A program made the translations under genes and the position numbers. A stretch of 64,000 nucleotides of DNA from Penicillus capitatus (taxonomy: Eukaryota; Plantae; Chlorophyta), in assembly GCA_965649825.1 (NCBI GenBank), contig OZ287700.1:186001-250000 (forward strand), written 5' to 3'. The notes beneath the pieces are model-generated. The model had not been told where the DNA came from and made no database searches. It worked only from the letters and a program-made list of their open reading frames with translations. Positions 11,489 to 24,886 of this stretch are shown piece by piece (the first letter of the stretch is position 1; each line of letters starts with the position of its first letter).

Positions 11489-14400
11489 TCACGTCCACGG
11501 AGACTGGCAGTGTGGGCACAGAGATTTGCCAGACTGCCGATGCCATTTATAGACGCAGGTCGCATGGAACTTGAGGTGACAGGTCTTGCACGTGAGGCCT
11601 GGCAGTTCTTTGGATGTTGGATGAATGAGACAGAAGCAGATAATGCAGTGATCCATATCCGTCAGCTCCTTTAGGTGTTGATACCACATGTCGATGGCAT
11701 CGATCACACTGCCGCTGTGATTGGCCAAGAAGGCAGAGACATTGTAGATCCATCTTCGCACCTTGGTATTGTCCAAATGCATCTGCACACACACGCACGT
11801 CACATCACTTGTGCATGATGTGATCTTACGTTAACGTCGCACTCGACGGCGGCGGGCTTCAACGGTAAGCACTCTGGGATCTTAACCGTCAGTTCGATGA
11901 TGGGCTCGACTTCCGGTCCTTCCAGAACGGCCACCACTTCACGTCGAGCGATGTTGGCTCGGATCACGAAGCCAGATTCTTCGGTCAGTCGATTGGAAGA
12001 GAGCAGCTGGAATTCTCTCTCGATGAGTGCCGGGCTTTCGCACGCGATGGTATATTGCTGGACGGCTTTGATGTGACGTTTGAATTTGAGATCATGGATC
12101 CAGTGACGCACAGCGACAGGTATCGTCTCTAACATCACATGGTAGATCTTCATCGCCAGTACAGTCCATTCCTTTTCATTCTGCGGCAGTCCTATGCTCT
12201 GCAGGAGCTCCTGTAGTGAAAAGACGTCTCGGCGCATCACTTCTCTCTCCAGTTGCCTTTTCTCCTCCAATTGATCCCTCGCGGAGGTCTTTGTCGTTGC
12301 TGGTAGCAAAGGAAGCCACTCTATCAATGTATTCAGTGTGTGATAGACCAGAGACGTCACGTGACGTAACAGCTCAGACATCTGCCGTCTGTATGGGGGC
12401 GATGCAGATTCTGCACAGGCCAGCAGTAATCCCCATACGAGAAAGAAATGCTCCGATGTCAGATCTTCGATACAGGCAGCGAGCTTGGGATGGACGCCAG
12501 CCATCGCCAAATACTCTCCATCCGGAACGCGTTCTCGATGCTCGCTTTCTTCCTGATCTTCGCAGTCCGTTTCGGTCTGGAGGACTTCTGCCGTGAGGCG
12601 TTGGAGACAGACAGGACGTGCCAGCAACCTGATGCCTTGAGCAGCAAAGTGTGGTTCTTCATCATCGCTCGGAAAGCAGAGGGTGAGCAGAGAGGTGATG
12701 GCATCGACGCCCGTCGCTTCTGTCCACAGATCGATGCCCTGCACCACTTCTGTCAAGAGCGTTCTGTCTTCGAACGCCATATCAAACAGCGCATGCAGTG
12801 CATCCCATGCCGGATGCATGGTCTGGAAGAAGAGTGAGATATGCAGGGATGCTGCCGGCGACGCCACGGAGGCAATGCTCATGCAGATGCCATAACAGAA
12901 GACAAAACGCACGACATGACACAGGGAATCTCGAATCAGTGCCTCGACTTGGGCGTCTTGGTAAGCAGCTTCCCGACGGATCTCCAGTCCGGAGGCCATG
13001 AGCTCAGCCCAGTCTAGAAACGCAGATGCCGAGGCGCTTCTCTCGTGGATAGATGTCTTCGATGCTTCGGCCTCTTCGCCTTCGTCGGATGACGTGACCT
13101 AGAATCGCACTCTTTCCTTCAGAAGGGTCGTTTTAGATTTTGTACATCGATGTCGAAAGCTCTCAGATTTTCGGGAAGCTTCTGAAGAAATTGCATGGCT
13201 ATGGATGGCTCTGTGATCGTTGCTGTGTTTGTTGATATCGTTTGAACATACTCGACCATCTTCATCGCCAGATTCTCACAGTAATCTTCACACGGAATCG
13301 CTTTCTGCTGCACGTTCTGAGATATCGTTGAAAACAGCATCGTCCACTCAGATCTGCCAAAATCTTGAACGCCATACACAAGCAGACGTCTCCACGCATT
13401 GAGTTCTCTCTCTTCAGGACTGTCCTCCCCCTGAAGAAAATGCCGTTAGGAATACCAGGCGACGCCGAAGACGCACAGATGTGTCGATCAGTTCCATGAG
13501 TGCATCCCGTTCTTCCGGTGTACTGTAGTGCAAAGTTTTTCTGTTCAGATTCTCAAGTACAGGGAAGACGCCCAGAATGAGCTGCCAGATATGCTCCTGT
13601 GCTTCTCTTCTGCGAGGGGAGGGTTCGACCGGGCGTTGATAGATGGACAGCAGCGGTACTGATATTCGATCGAGTGCTGCGTTGGTCACACTGATGAGAG
13701 ATGACGTCCTGCAAGCAAATGGCACCTGTCACATCAGAGAGTGTGACAAAAGAGTGACCTGAATATTGGTGCAAGGATGGAGAGGTAATGCAGAAACCTC
13801 TCACACATCGCAAACGATCGATCGTTCAGATCTGTCAGCTCTATCTCTTCCATATCTCTCTCCTCTTTCTCCATTATCGCGGTCACACATGCCACACATT
13901 GAGCGAGAACGGCTGACGTCTTTTCGAGGAGAGAAAGAACTGACAGGACGTCACTGTGCTCCACAAGAGACACTAAGATCGCACCAGCCGCGCTGCCGTG
14001 AGCGCATCCAACAGGCAAATCAGGGGAGAGAGAAGAACGAATGTCCTTTTCTAGGAGTTCCTCAGCCAAAGAGGTGTCCTGTCGCTCGACGACATCTGCC
14101 ACGACCTCCTCGACAATCGCCCTCTGTACTTCAGCGATACCATAAACAGCAGACGGGGAAGTCTTGTCCTGTGGATGATCAGATGGATCATCCGTTTCCA
14201 GAAGAAGGATCTCCAGAAACAGAGGACCTGCCAACTTTGGTGAAGATTTAAACACCGAAGCACCGGCAAGGCGGATCAGCTCTTGAGCAAGTGCAATGTA
14301 GATGTCATACATCCGATGGTCTTCCTGCGTTTCCACGTCTCCAGTCTGCTTCCAGTGAACACACCAATGCCCGCCATCGAGCATCTTCTCCAGGAATGCA

Positions 14401-17262
14401 GCAGTGTCTGTTTCTTCGATGTGTATCAGCTGCCATACCCTTTCGGCAAAGACTGCGCCACACTCCATGGCGTGTGTCGACTCAGAAACGAGCGACCGTT
14501 GCAAAGAATGGATAAGGGATTGCTGCAGACGATGGGAGAGTGCCTGGACAAGGCCTTTCTGCATTTCACCAATGGAGTGTCCTCTGTTCCATGCCGCACG
14601 AGAGACGTTAGCGAGACAAGAGTGAGATGCATCTTGATTCCATCCGTGCAGGACAATCCTGACAGCCAGATCCAGCCAGAGATCCGAAACCTCTGAAGGC
14701 AAGCCGCCGACAGCTGCGGGCGATAACAGTGTCTCCAACAATTCCTTGAGAGCATTCTCGTGACCAGCAGCCTCGGCAGCGTTCTTCAGAGATGCGTCGG
14801 TGATCCACTGAAGGATGAGGGCGTAAGAGGACGAAGGCAGAAGGGATCTCTGCAGTCGGATACAGAGAGTGAGCAATGCTGCTGCCAGTGCATCGGACAT
14901 CCAGTTCTTCACAAACGCTTCACAGAACGCCTCGACCTCTTTGACTGGTAGACCATCCAGATCTTGAGCTGTCAGATATGCCTGTAGTTGGAGAAGAAGC
15001 TGGTGTGCCAGAATGGGAGCGGCCTCTGGAGATGTCTCCTTCATCTGTGTAAGGTTTGTGAGGATCATCTTCCACTGCTCTGTACGGTTGGTTGTCGCCT
15101 CCTGGCTTAACAGAAAGATCAGTAGATCACAATGTGTGACCAGCGTTTCAATTTTGTGACTGCCTGAGCAAAGGAGCTTCTGGATTTCGTTCAAGGTTCG
15201 AAGCGGGATGCTTGACATCGTGGCTTCGTTTTCTGGAAACTGCACGAGACGTGTGTGCATGATGTGACTGGCCTTGAGAAGATGTGAAGCGAAGAGGCCA
15301 ATGGACTGACCGTTTTGCAGGAAGGCACGTTCCGTCCAATAGCTTCCGATCGGTACAGCAAGAGATTCCACCACGAACGATCGAGGTGTCTCGTTCAGAT
15401 CCATCATCGCCATAAGCTCTTCAAAGAAAGCACAGACAGATGGCAATACATCTTCCAGTCTTTCATCCGCAATCCAGGCATCGGTGACAACGTTGGCCAG
15501 CTGCTGGATGACGTCGTTTGGTATGTTCGCACTGTCGGACGATTTGGAAGCGGCTGAGGCTAAGCTGCCAAAGCACTGGGCCAAGAAACGCATCGCGCAC
15601 AGATGCAGATCTCTGGCAGGGGCTGACAGTTCTGGCAAAATGAGGGACTGCACGGTGCCTTCCATCAGATCTCTTCTGAAGACTTCCTTGGAGGCGTCCG
15701 GTAGCTCGGCTGCTGCACCAAGTAGTCCCCAGAGGAAGCACTCGTGGAGGAGCTTAATCGAAACCCTCTCTTCAGTGTCTGTTCTCATCTGCTGAATTCC
15801 TTCCCACGTCGATCGGAAGACTCTGACCAGAATCGACGGACGGTTATCCCAGCAGCCGAAAGGAATCTGACTGACAAACGGCAGCACGGCATCGTAGGAA
15901 TGCTCTGCAGAGCCAAACGCGCCCTTTCTTAAGAAACAGCAGAGCTTTGAGATGACAGTCCTGTCCACATCCACATGATCCCATGCAGAAGGGAACTCCT
16001 ATGAGTGAACGTCAGGGAGAAGATATGAGCCTAGGGGCCGTGCTTTGATCCAGGTGAGCAGGAGATCCCACATCGCATCGTGGCAGGTGCTGTTCTTCTC
16101 TCCCAAACAATTGAACACAATGGGTGTCGTCTCCGACAGCCACTTCGCTATGTCACTCTTATAAAGGAGTGAGATTTCCTGCACGAGTGTGTATGCCTCG
16201 CAGCGAGTGGCTCCAAGATGTGACGTGAAGAGTGTCTTGAGCAAAGGCTTTTCGAGCACCGCCTGTCCCATCATCTCTATCGACTCCTGTGCAAGATCTG
16301 CGACACTTGTGTGAGAAAACAAAGTGTGTGTGCGTTTCATTCGGGGTACCCTGTTTTGGCGAGGTCCTGAGTTTCTCGAGGAAGGTCCGAGTGGCAGAGA
16401 GTGATGCGCGTATGAGCCACTCACACTTGAGATCTCGATTCTCTTTACTCTCTGTCCTACAGTCGTTGCATGCAGGTTCAGCAACAAAGTGTGAGATGAC
16501 AGTGACGTTTAGTACTTTGGATCCGCGACCGTCTCGGGAGTCACATGCAACGCTTCAGACAGACACTGCACAAGTTCATGACGACAGTAGATGAGGGCTT
16601 CGTTCGCCTTCTCCCCACAGAACGTCCCCTGTCACATCACATCCTCATTCATCTCATCACCAATCCTGCAGCTGTCACATCAAAAGTGGCGCGTGCGATC
16701 TCTGCCGTAGGTGTGTGCGTATCATGCTGCGCCAGCCACCACGGTCCGATTAGTCCTTTCAGAAAAGGAGCGAAACTGCGTTTCAGTCGCGTCACAAAAA
16801 GATGCAGCATCTCTGCTGTTCTCTGTCGGACGTTTCGATCCACATCCTGAGTCAGCGATCGATAAGAGAGCTTCCACTGATGTAACACTTTCGACACATT
16901 CTCATCTGTATCGTCCCTCAACAATTCCTCTAATCCCTGCGCGTCTTTCTCACTCTTTCTCACTCTTTTCATGTCCATGCACGACCTGCAGGGCCTTGAC
17001 TTTGACGAGGGCATGACGTTTGGACAGCTGTTTGAGTAAAGCTCGGTATTCGCCACTTAGCGACAGCAAATCCGTCGCCGTTGTGGCATCGACCTCCCGA
17101 GCGCCCTGAAATCTAAAACCACCACCCGTCGACGCATAGCGCGTGTCATTCACTGGCCACGTCAGATAGCTACCCGCCGAATCCGACGTTTGCAAATCGT
17201 GTCTGCGCTCCTTCGACGGCACGCGCTGCTCTGGAGCTACGTGTTGCAAATGACCTTCTCAT
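11489..17262 (-). CDS. LTN1: Listerin E3 ubiquitin ligase (ribosome quality control), multi-exon
   Basis: N-terminal VGFGG/FQG and LLKQLSKRHALVKVKALQ, long HEAT-like helical body (13734-15974), RWD-like region and C-terminal RING CIICFCLIHPTSKELPGLTCKTCHLKFHATCVYKW...CPHC. Confidence 0.92.
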
Positions 17263-17344
17263 CTCTCATAAAATCAATCCACAATTTGCCGCGTGTATTC
17301 AGCGTCTCCCTGCGATAACTGTTGTTCATAGGAGACTGAGCGAA

Positions 17345-20300
17345 ATGCATCACAATGCGAGCAACGAGACGCTAACTGCGTCGCAAAAATCCGAAAGCGC
17401 GAGTAGTGCAGGGTGGGCGGCGACACGCAGTCAGCGGTTGATGTCACAGATGCTCTCCACTCTCATACCCAACTCGACGGAAGATATATTCCGCAAGTAT
17501 CCGGCTCTGCTGGACGTGCCTTTTATCTCCCTGTCGGAGATTTTGATAACGCGGGAAATTGGGTCTGGGAGTTTTGGCCGTGTGTACCACGGGATCTTCT
17601 CGTTTCAGGACGTCGCTGTCAAGAAACTCACGGTGCGCAATTTTCGCGACGAGATCGATATCTACGATCAGCTCAGTCCGGAAGATGGAAATGACGAAGC
17701 CGATAAAAAAGCCAAACAGGCGGCCGAGACGCTGTTGGCTCTGGAGAAAGAAGTGGCCATGCTGAAACGCATTTCGTTCCCAAAAGTGGTCGGATTCTAC
17801 GGGGTCTGTTTCGAACCGGCGGCCATCGTTTCCGAGTACTGTGCACGCGGTTCCCTCTTTGATTTGATTGGTCAGTGATAACTCTCAGTAATAGACGGTT
17901 CTCTCACTCTTTTTGATGTGACAGCACGAGCACGGGCGTTGCCGAGAGTGGCGTGTGAGATGTCATGGGAAAGAAGATTGAGCATGGCCAACGATGCAGC
18001 TATCGGGATGAGTTTTTTGCACAACCGTATGGATCCCATCATCCATCGCGACCTGAAGTCACCGAATCTTCTGGTGGACGAGCACTACAACTGCAAAGTC
18101 GCAGACTTCAATACAGCAGGGTGCGTGGGTGATCCTCAACGTCACATCATGGTCACACTTCTGTTGGCGATCAGGTTTATCAACGCAACGGAGATTACGA
18201 AATCGCAAGTGAACAATCCTCGATGGCTGGCTCCCGAAATCGCAGACGGCAGACAGCACAACCGTGCATCCGATGTCTATCCGTTTGGCATCATTCTGTG
18301 GGAATTGATGACGTGGATGCGTCCTTTTGAGTACGATGGCGAAGAAATGACGACGTACAATATTCTGCTTGGCATCGTGCGTGACAAACTGCGTCCGGAG
18401 ATTCCGTCGAATCACAAACTCATCGGAGGACCCTGCCCCGTCTACAAGGAGTACATACAGCTTATGGAGGAGTGTTGGGATCAGGATCCAGAAAAACGAC
18501 CGACGTTTGGTGAGATTCACGAGAGATTGCAAATCTTGAAACGCAAGACAGTGGAATTGGAAAAAGCAAAGGAACCATCATCGCCCAAAATCATCCCTCG
18601 ATCCATCGTGCCGGTACGTCACATCACATGTGTGACGACAAAAGTGTGACCGCCGCCGTTGTTCAGAGATCGCCCCGACAGACATCTCCCGAACCAAAGA
18701 TTGCCCGGTCGCCCCGCAGCGAATCGCCCTTTTCCAGACGACCGATGCCGGAGAGCATGTCGACCACCACCAATCTGACAGATTCGGGCCGTGAGGGCGC
18801 GCCGCCACCTGTTGCATTAGACTAAAGGCGTCATTGTGCCAGATGGAAGCACGAGGAGAGGCGAAGCCGTTGTGGAAGTGGAAGCACCGGTGGAGGAATG
18901 TCTCACATCTCCTTTTCAAAACGGCCCTCCATCGATGGGCACATCTTCCATTGCTGGACAGAGCCATGAAGAGAGTACATCTCACTCTTTTGTCTGTTAG
19001 ATGACTGAAGTGGCCGAGATGCAGATCACACATTGGCCAATCCACCTTCCTTTGCTAACTGGAGTGTACGCGGCACAAGGCCATCGACCAATCCACCCTC
19101 CGTCTCTATCAACTTCAGCGTAACACCCATCGATGCTTGTGTCGGCGTCGAGCATCTCGTTCGCGACAGGATGTGGTGCAGCATCGTCCATTGGACGAGG
19201 TGAGTGCGGCACGGCGGCGATGGAATCTCGTGAGCAAAGAATTCGGATTGGCGGATCTGGTTCCCGTCAAGACGTCCGAGCAGCCACGTGCCTTTGAGCG
19301 ATGGGATTCCCTGCGCACCGCCATATTCGGCGCCCCCGCCTCTGAGCAATTCCAAGAACAATTTGGCAGTTTCCTGAAAGGAGACGAAACGAAGGAGCTG
19401 AAGAAACGCCTTAAAGATATCGAGAACAGGGGATCCCCTGGTCTGCGCATTCTGAAGGCTCTCATGGAGCTGCGCGAGGCAAAAGAAAAAGAAGAGAAGG
19501 AAGAGGCCGACAAACCATCAGGATGGTGTCTGGTCAAGCACCTGATGCTGATTAACTTGCCGACGCCAGTGCATCCCGTTTGGCAAATGATCTCCGACAA
19601 TAGCAAAACGGTACGCAGCGGCGAGGGCGTGCTGTCGGCGATCGCCGAGAGCAATAGCACAGCTGCGAACACGACAGCTGTTGTGGATGCAAAGCGTCTG
19701 CGAGCGAGGGCGCTTTGGAAAACAGCGCGATATGCGTTCATCGATGATGATCCGCTGAAAACGAAGCCTGTGGTTCTGCCAAGTCGTTGGCAGAAGGTGA
19801 AGGAGTTGCTTTTTTCAGAGGAGGACGAGGAAGAGCAGGAAGAGACCACAGCCCCATCCCCATCATCTTCTGTCTCGAATCCCGTGTCTGCCACGCCGGA
19901 TCCATCGTTGAACGATTGCTTTCCGGTGGAGGGGAAAAGGAAAACGAGCAAATGGGGTGTCGTGCGTCGGACGTTTCTGACAAACGTCGTGGAGAAGAAT
20001 TGGGATTACTTGACACGCTATGCCAGGACACAGGTCATTAACGCCAAGACTTCTGGCTTAAGCGTTGCGTCTAAGGTACGAAAGCTGGCGATCGTGGACG
20101 AGGAGCCGCCATCTCCGGAGAAATGGGAGGTGGTGCGTGGACTGCTTACGGATGAACGATTGGGGAAAGAATGGAATCATCTGCGAGAGAAAGCAAAACG
20201 CAATGTCCTTCCGCCGAGTGGCACAGAATGGGAGATTTTCCGCTGGCTCTTCTTCGAGAACAAGAAATTACGCAATCAAACACATTGGACCTTTATCAAA

Positions 20301-20354
20301 GATCTCTTTCTGAAGACTGAGACAAGAGGCAGTGAAATTACTGAAGGGCTTTGA
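17345..20354 (+). CDS. Raf-like/TKL protein kinase, probably extended by a long Trp-repeat C-terminal tail
   Basis: GSGSFG, VAVK, HRDLKSPN, DFN, PRWLAPE. Introns 17871-17924 and 18614-18666, then putative 18791-18827, 18975-19024 and 19120-19169 keep one open frame into ORF 19137-20354. Without the 37-nt intron the kinase ends at 18825 and the tail is a separate gene. Confidence 0.8.
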
Positions 20355-20615
20355 TATCAACAACAACGACAACGATAACAACAATGGAAACAAACACAAT
20401 CAGCAGCAGTAGTTGTGAGACAAACACTCTTTCGTTGAATAGATGACTTCCAGTAACATACAGGCGCCGCCAATGCTGCACGCTCGCGCGTGTGAACAGT
20501 CACACAAATAGAGTCGATCAATGAGCAGCCCCGTAGGAGAAGCGCATATAGATAGATCTGTTTGTGTTGAAGGCGCTTCTCCACTCGGCTTATTGTTTGT
20601 TGCTCATCTCTGCTA

Positions 20616-23600
20616 TTAATTGAAAGGACTGACCGGAAAATCATTGCCCTGTTGTTCTTGTACGGCTGTCCCTTCGTCTGCACTGTCTCTGTCGAAAGGC
20701 GAGGCAGGAATGTCTTCTGCAATCGGCATCGCCGCCACGGCCGGAGATTTCGGCGGCGGCGGCGGCGTCTCGTTATTGTTCGCCATCTGTGGCCTCGATG
20801 GGACTTCTGGCTCGGACACGGTTCGCTTGACAGATGGTGCGTCCTCGGATGATTTCTTGGCACCGGCACTGGCACGTGCAAGTCTCCATTCGTGTAGCTG
20901 TTTCTTCATAGCTTCCAATCGAGGGACGATGGCTTCGAAAGATTTTGGACGATCTTCTGGATTGCCCGCCCAGCATTCCTCCATCAACTGAATATAAGAC
21001 TCGGCGGCCACAAAGTGTCCTCCACTGAAATTCTTGATCTCGCCTTTGTCATTTCGTATCAACTGAGGTCGACGGTTATCAAACAACTCAAACCTGAAAG
21101 CACGACATCATCTACCGATGTTAGTACTTAAGGCGGCGATCGCACCTGATCCTTCCAAACAGGATGTCTCTTCCCACGGTCGGCGTTCCTCTCAGATGTT
21201 CCCACGGAGGTTGAGCGGTTGCAATCTCCCATAACAAAATGCCAAATGAATAAATGTCTGCAGCTATGCTAAAATCTGCTTTGCCCTGAGCCACCTCTGG
21301 TGCGAGCCACATGGGATTTGAAGGCCTGACAGCTTGAGAGTGGATCGAGAGATCCGTGTCCTTCGAGAGATTGAAATCGCCCACGGCCGCTCCGATAAAA
21401 TCTTTCTCGATGAAAATATTGGGCGACTTCAGATCTCTGTGCAGAATCGGCGGATCCTGAGAATGCAGAAATATCATGCCACAGCAAATATCGATCGCAA
21501 TGGCCAGACGTTTCTCCCACGTGAAACGCCGAGCCATGCGAGGATCTCCACGACAGGCTTTAAGAACTTCATAGAGAGATCCTTCTTCGTAGTACTGCAT
21601 CACCACGAACGGTGGATCGTCGCACACGGCCATGATATTGACGACGTTGGGATGGCGAACGGTCGACAGTATGTGTGCATCCTTCACCAACGCATCCATT
21701 GCTCGACGCGAAACGGATGCATCTTTTGCCTCCTTCACAATCACGTCCTTTGCCATGAACTTGCCACGTTTCACCTAACCGTCACCACAGATCACACAGA
21801 TCACACAGATGATGTATTATTACCCTGGCAAAATCTCCATCGTAAATCGTCTCTCCTAATGTCACTTGAGAACCATCGATGACCATGACAGACTCGTTTA
21901 CGACCTGAAGGGGGCAGAGATGCGATTGGCGGTGTGGGGATGACGGGACGTGGTGTACTTGGACAGGCATTCTGCGGGAGGAGGATCGCTTTAGAATATT
22001 GAAATGGGCAGCGAGTTTTTCTCTAGGCCAGTAGAGAATCTCTCCACGGTTGGAAACGATGAAAAGGCAATCGGGGCCGGCAATGGCACACTGAAGTCCA
22101 CCAGGAAAGACATCTTCTGTCAGCATCCTACAAAAGACACAGACAGCGCTCGAGTCGGGCAAAGACAACATCGATCGAGGTCATGCCTCGGAACGAAGGG
22201 GTAGATCTGATCATCGTCTTCTGTCCCCGATGCCGAGAGGCCGTGAATGCGCATCGTGTTAGAGAGGATTCGACCAACCAGTACACTGCCGTCTCTATGG
22301 GCCGTGCACATCACGCCCAGCTTCTCATAGACCACCAGCGATTTGATTGGGCTCTTTTTGGTTTCGATCTCCAAGAGCGGTCGCATCGGTTTTGTCTGAT
22401 TTGGATCCCACAGATACAACAGTCCTGTATCGTGGGCTGTCAACAGTCGCCAATCGCTCAGTCCTGTGCTATGTGATGTGGCGGCGCCGCCTCCATGCCA
22501 TGGAATAGCAACCATCGAGTCACAGGGGCCTTTTGGATGCAAAGGAAAAACAGATTCCAGATGGTGATTGAGTTCACTCCATAGCTTGATAGAAGATCGC
22601 ATGCGTCCACCGGCTGTCCAGACGCTTCCTCCTCTCGCAAAAATACAACGTACGTGACTGGAATGCGCACGGGTGCCCCATTGCAATGTCGTTTGTGCTC
22701 TTTCTTTCAATCGTGCGGCAAAGCTGTTCCCAGATGGCGACACTAGATTCCCTCGTTCGGGTACACTGCCCACAACAAAATCTTCCGGGATGTTTTCGAT
22801 GGAGCCGAGACTGGGACCACTGCGCATTGGACGAATCCATGGACGACTGGTCAGAGTCCGTGATGCTGTTTCCAGTCCTGGCACCACTGTTGTGTGAAAA
22901 CGTATCTCATACTTCTTGTTGACGATCTCCAGTTTCACCACTCGGATGTTGCCGCTCATAGCTCCTACCCAAAGGACATGGGGCCGCACCAAACACAGTG
23001 CCCTAGTCACAGATCACACATAAAAGAGTGAGAGAGATGCTTAACATATACGTAATGGCTGTCTTAGCAACGATAAAGGGCTTTCCGATAGGCTTTCCCA
23101 ACTCGTCCCATAGACAGACTTCGCCATTGGCGTGGCCAGTCCACAGACACTCTTCTCCATTTATTACCTCGCGAACCATACATCTGAAACACAAAGTGTG
23201 ATCACAAAAGAGTGAGATACGTTGTCAAGTGCAATCCGTCACCTCACTGTCAGTCTCGATCGATTGCGCGGAGTCCTTGATGTATTTCCTGTCTGTTTTT
23301 CGTAGATATGGAAACGGGCATTTTCTGACCAGACAAGACTGTCAGATTTCTCTACGCAGGCAAACGTCACATCAACGCAGAATGCAAAAGAACGGCGGCA
23401 CCTGAGAAAAGTATGGACCTGATGGGATTCGACCGCGAAGTGGTACCGAGACACCTCGGTAGTGTTATGCAACCTGCAGTCCATCCAGGACATTCTCATC
23501 AAAGAAATCCTCCGTCTATGCATCGCACTTGGGGATTCGGATTCCTTGACGAATTTTACACCGATCCGTTCGTCGTCTAGACGCGACGTTGTCAGCTCGG

Positions 23601-23643
23601 ACGGTGTCGGTCGTCTCATCCGCGAAGAACTCGAGCGCGACAT
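20616..23643 (-). CDS. WD40-like beta-propeller + TKL/Raf-like protein kinase, multi-exon
   Basis: WD-like repeats (LWTGHANGEVCLWD, LWVGAMSGNIRV, VWTAGG, LLTAHDTGLLYLWD) followed by a kinase domain with HRDLKSPN, GDFNLSK, PMWLAPE and CWAGNPEDRP. Confidence 0.88.
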
Positions 23644-23947
23644 CGAGAACTGCAATGGGTCATGAGTATGTGTCAGGGTCAACGCTGGGTAAGAGACGTA
23701 CCGTGAGGCCACCCTTCTTAACAGACAGAGGTCTTTGACGTAAAAAGTCGTATCAGAGGCGGAAAAACGTATAAAAACGAAATTCGAGGACGCGGTTTGG
23801 TTAGGTGCCCTAAAACGTGCTGTTTTTTGTGTCAAACAAAAAATAGCTGAGGCGGTTATGGCGCTAAAAGACTGCCTGTGCGGTGCTCTTGTTTAAAAGA
23901 GAGCGATTTGTAAACAAAACAGCGCTCTGGCAAAGAAGCCGTAACGT

Positions 23948-24736
23948 CTACCTAAGTGGCGTGATGTGACGGCAATGAGGACACAGCCAGCGTCCTGGTG
24001 GTGGACTGAATCCATCTGGAGCTAGGCAGCTGAAATGAAACCACTCAATCGAACAGTCTGCGTTATCACAACGAATCATTTCACCCGAAGCCACGCCCTT
24101 ACACAGACAGTAACGCGGCTCGGCACTTCTCCTTCGCCCGGCCCTGCGCTTCACCGTCTGTGTCCCCATCGGCATGCTGTGGACGACAGTCGATGGGGCA
24201 TTCGTGGGAAGGGGCGTGGCCACGAGGGGTTGTATCAGACGAATCCGTGCATCCACTTCTTCGATGGCTCGATCGTAGGCATCGTATCCTTGTTCGGCCA
24301 ATTCGTACTGGATCTCACGCATTCGACGGTTAGAAAGAGGGAGATGTGTGTTTGTGCAGAGGGATACGGTCAGGGCGTCGAGATGGCGCAGTTCGTGGAC
24401 TTGGTCGGACAGCTCCTCCGCAAAGTCTTTCGCCGCTTTGCGTCGCGAAATCCGGGAGCGACGATTCTTGACGTCTTTCCTACTGGACTCGATGGCCTCG
24501 ACGATATGGCGTCGTTTGACGTCGACATCGCCGATGAGCTTGAGGGCAACCGAGGCGTCGGAGAGAAGGGCCCGAGTACGCACAATGCATTCTTCCAATC
24601 CTGAACGTAGAAACACGTCGACGCAGCAGGGAGAAGGCCCAGGATGGGTACCTATCTCACCGGAGGATTGCTGTCCCGTGTGCTTGCGTTTTTGTGGCGC
24701 TGTGTTCGTCCCTTCGGCGTCGTTCTCCATCGTCAT
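23948..24736 (-). CDS. ING: ING-family PHD-finger protein (H3K4me3 reader)
   Basis: C-terminal [33 protein letters not shown]...WLCPHC. Start placed at MTMEND (24736) because the longer ORF start overlaps exon 1 of the OEP21-like gene. Confidence 0.85.
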   Translation of the reverse strand: MTMENDAEGTNTAPQKRKHTGQQSSGEIGTHPGPSPCCVDVFLRSGLEECIVRTRALLSDASVALKLIGDVDVKRRHIVEAIESSRKDVKNRRSRISRRKAAKDFAEELSDQVHELRHLDALTVSLCTNTHLPLSNRRMREIQYELAEQGYDAYDRAIEEVDARIRLIQPLVATPLPTNAPSTVVHSMPMGTQTVKRRAGRRRSAEPRYCLCKGVASGEMIRCDNADCSIEWFHFSCLAPDGFSPPPGRWLCPHCRHITPLR

Positions 24737-24886
24737 CGTACTGAAGTTCTCGCCATCGACCGTATGCCTCAACCGTACGTGCCGAAGAGGGACCGTATAC
24801 GTCGAAGATACGGTCTCGGTCGTGTCCCCGCTGTCATTCAACGGATCGTGGTTGCCGTCTGGACGTCGGGTTTCTAATAACGAGCC

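Noticed and set aside
20355-20420. CAA/CAG-rich stretch after the kinase tail
   Set aside because: Short imperfect microsatellite in a 3' region; no further structure.
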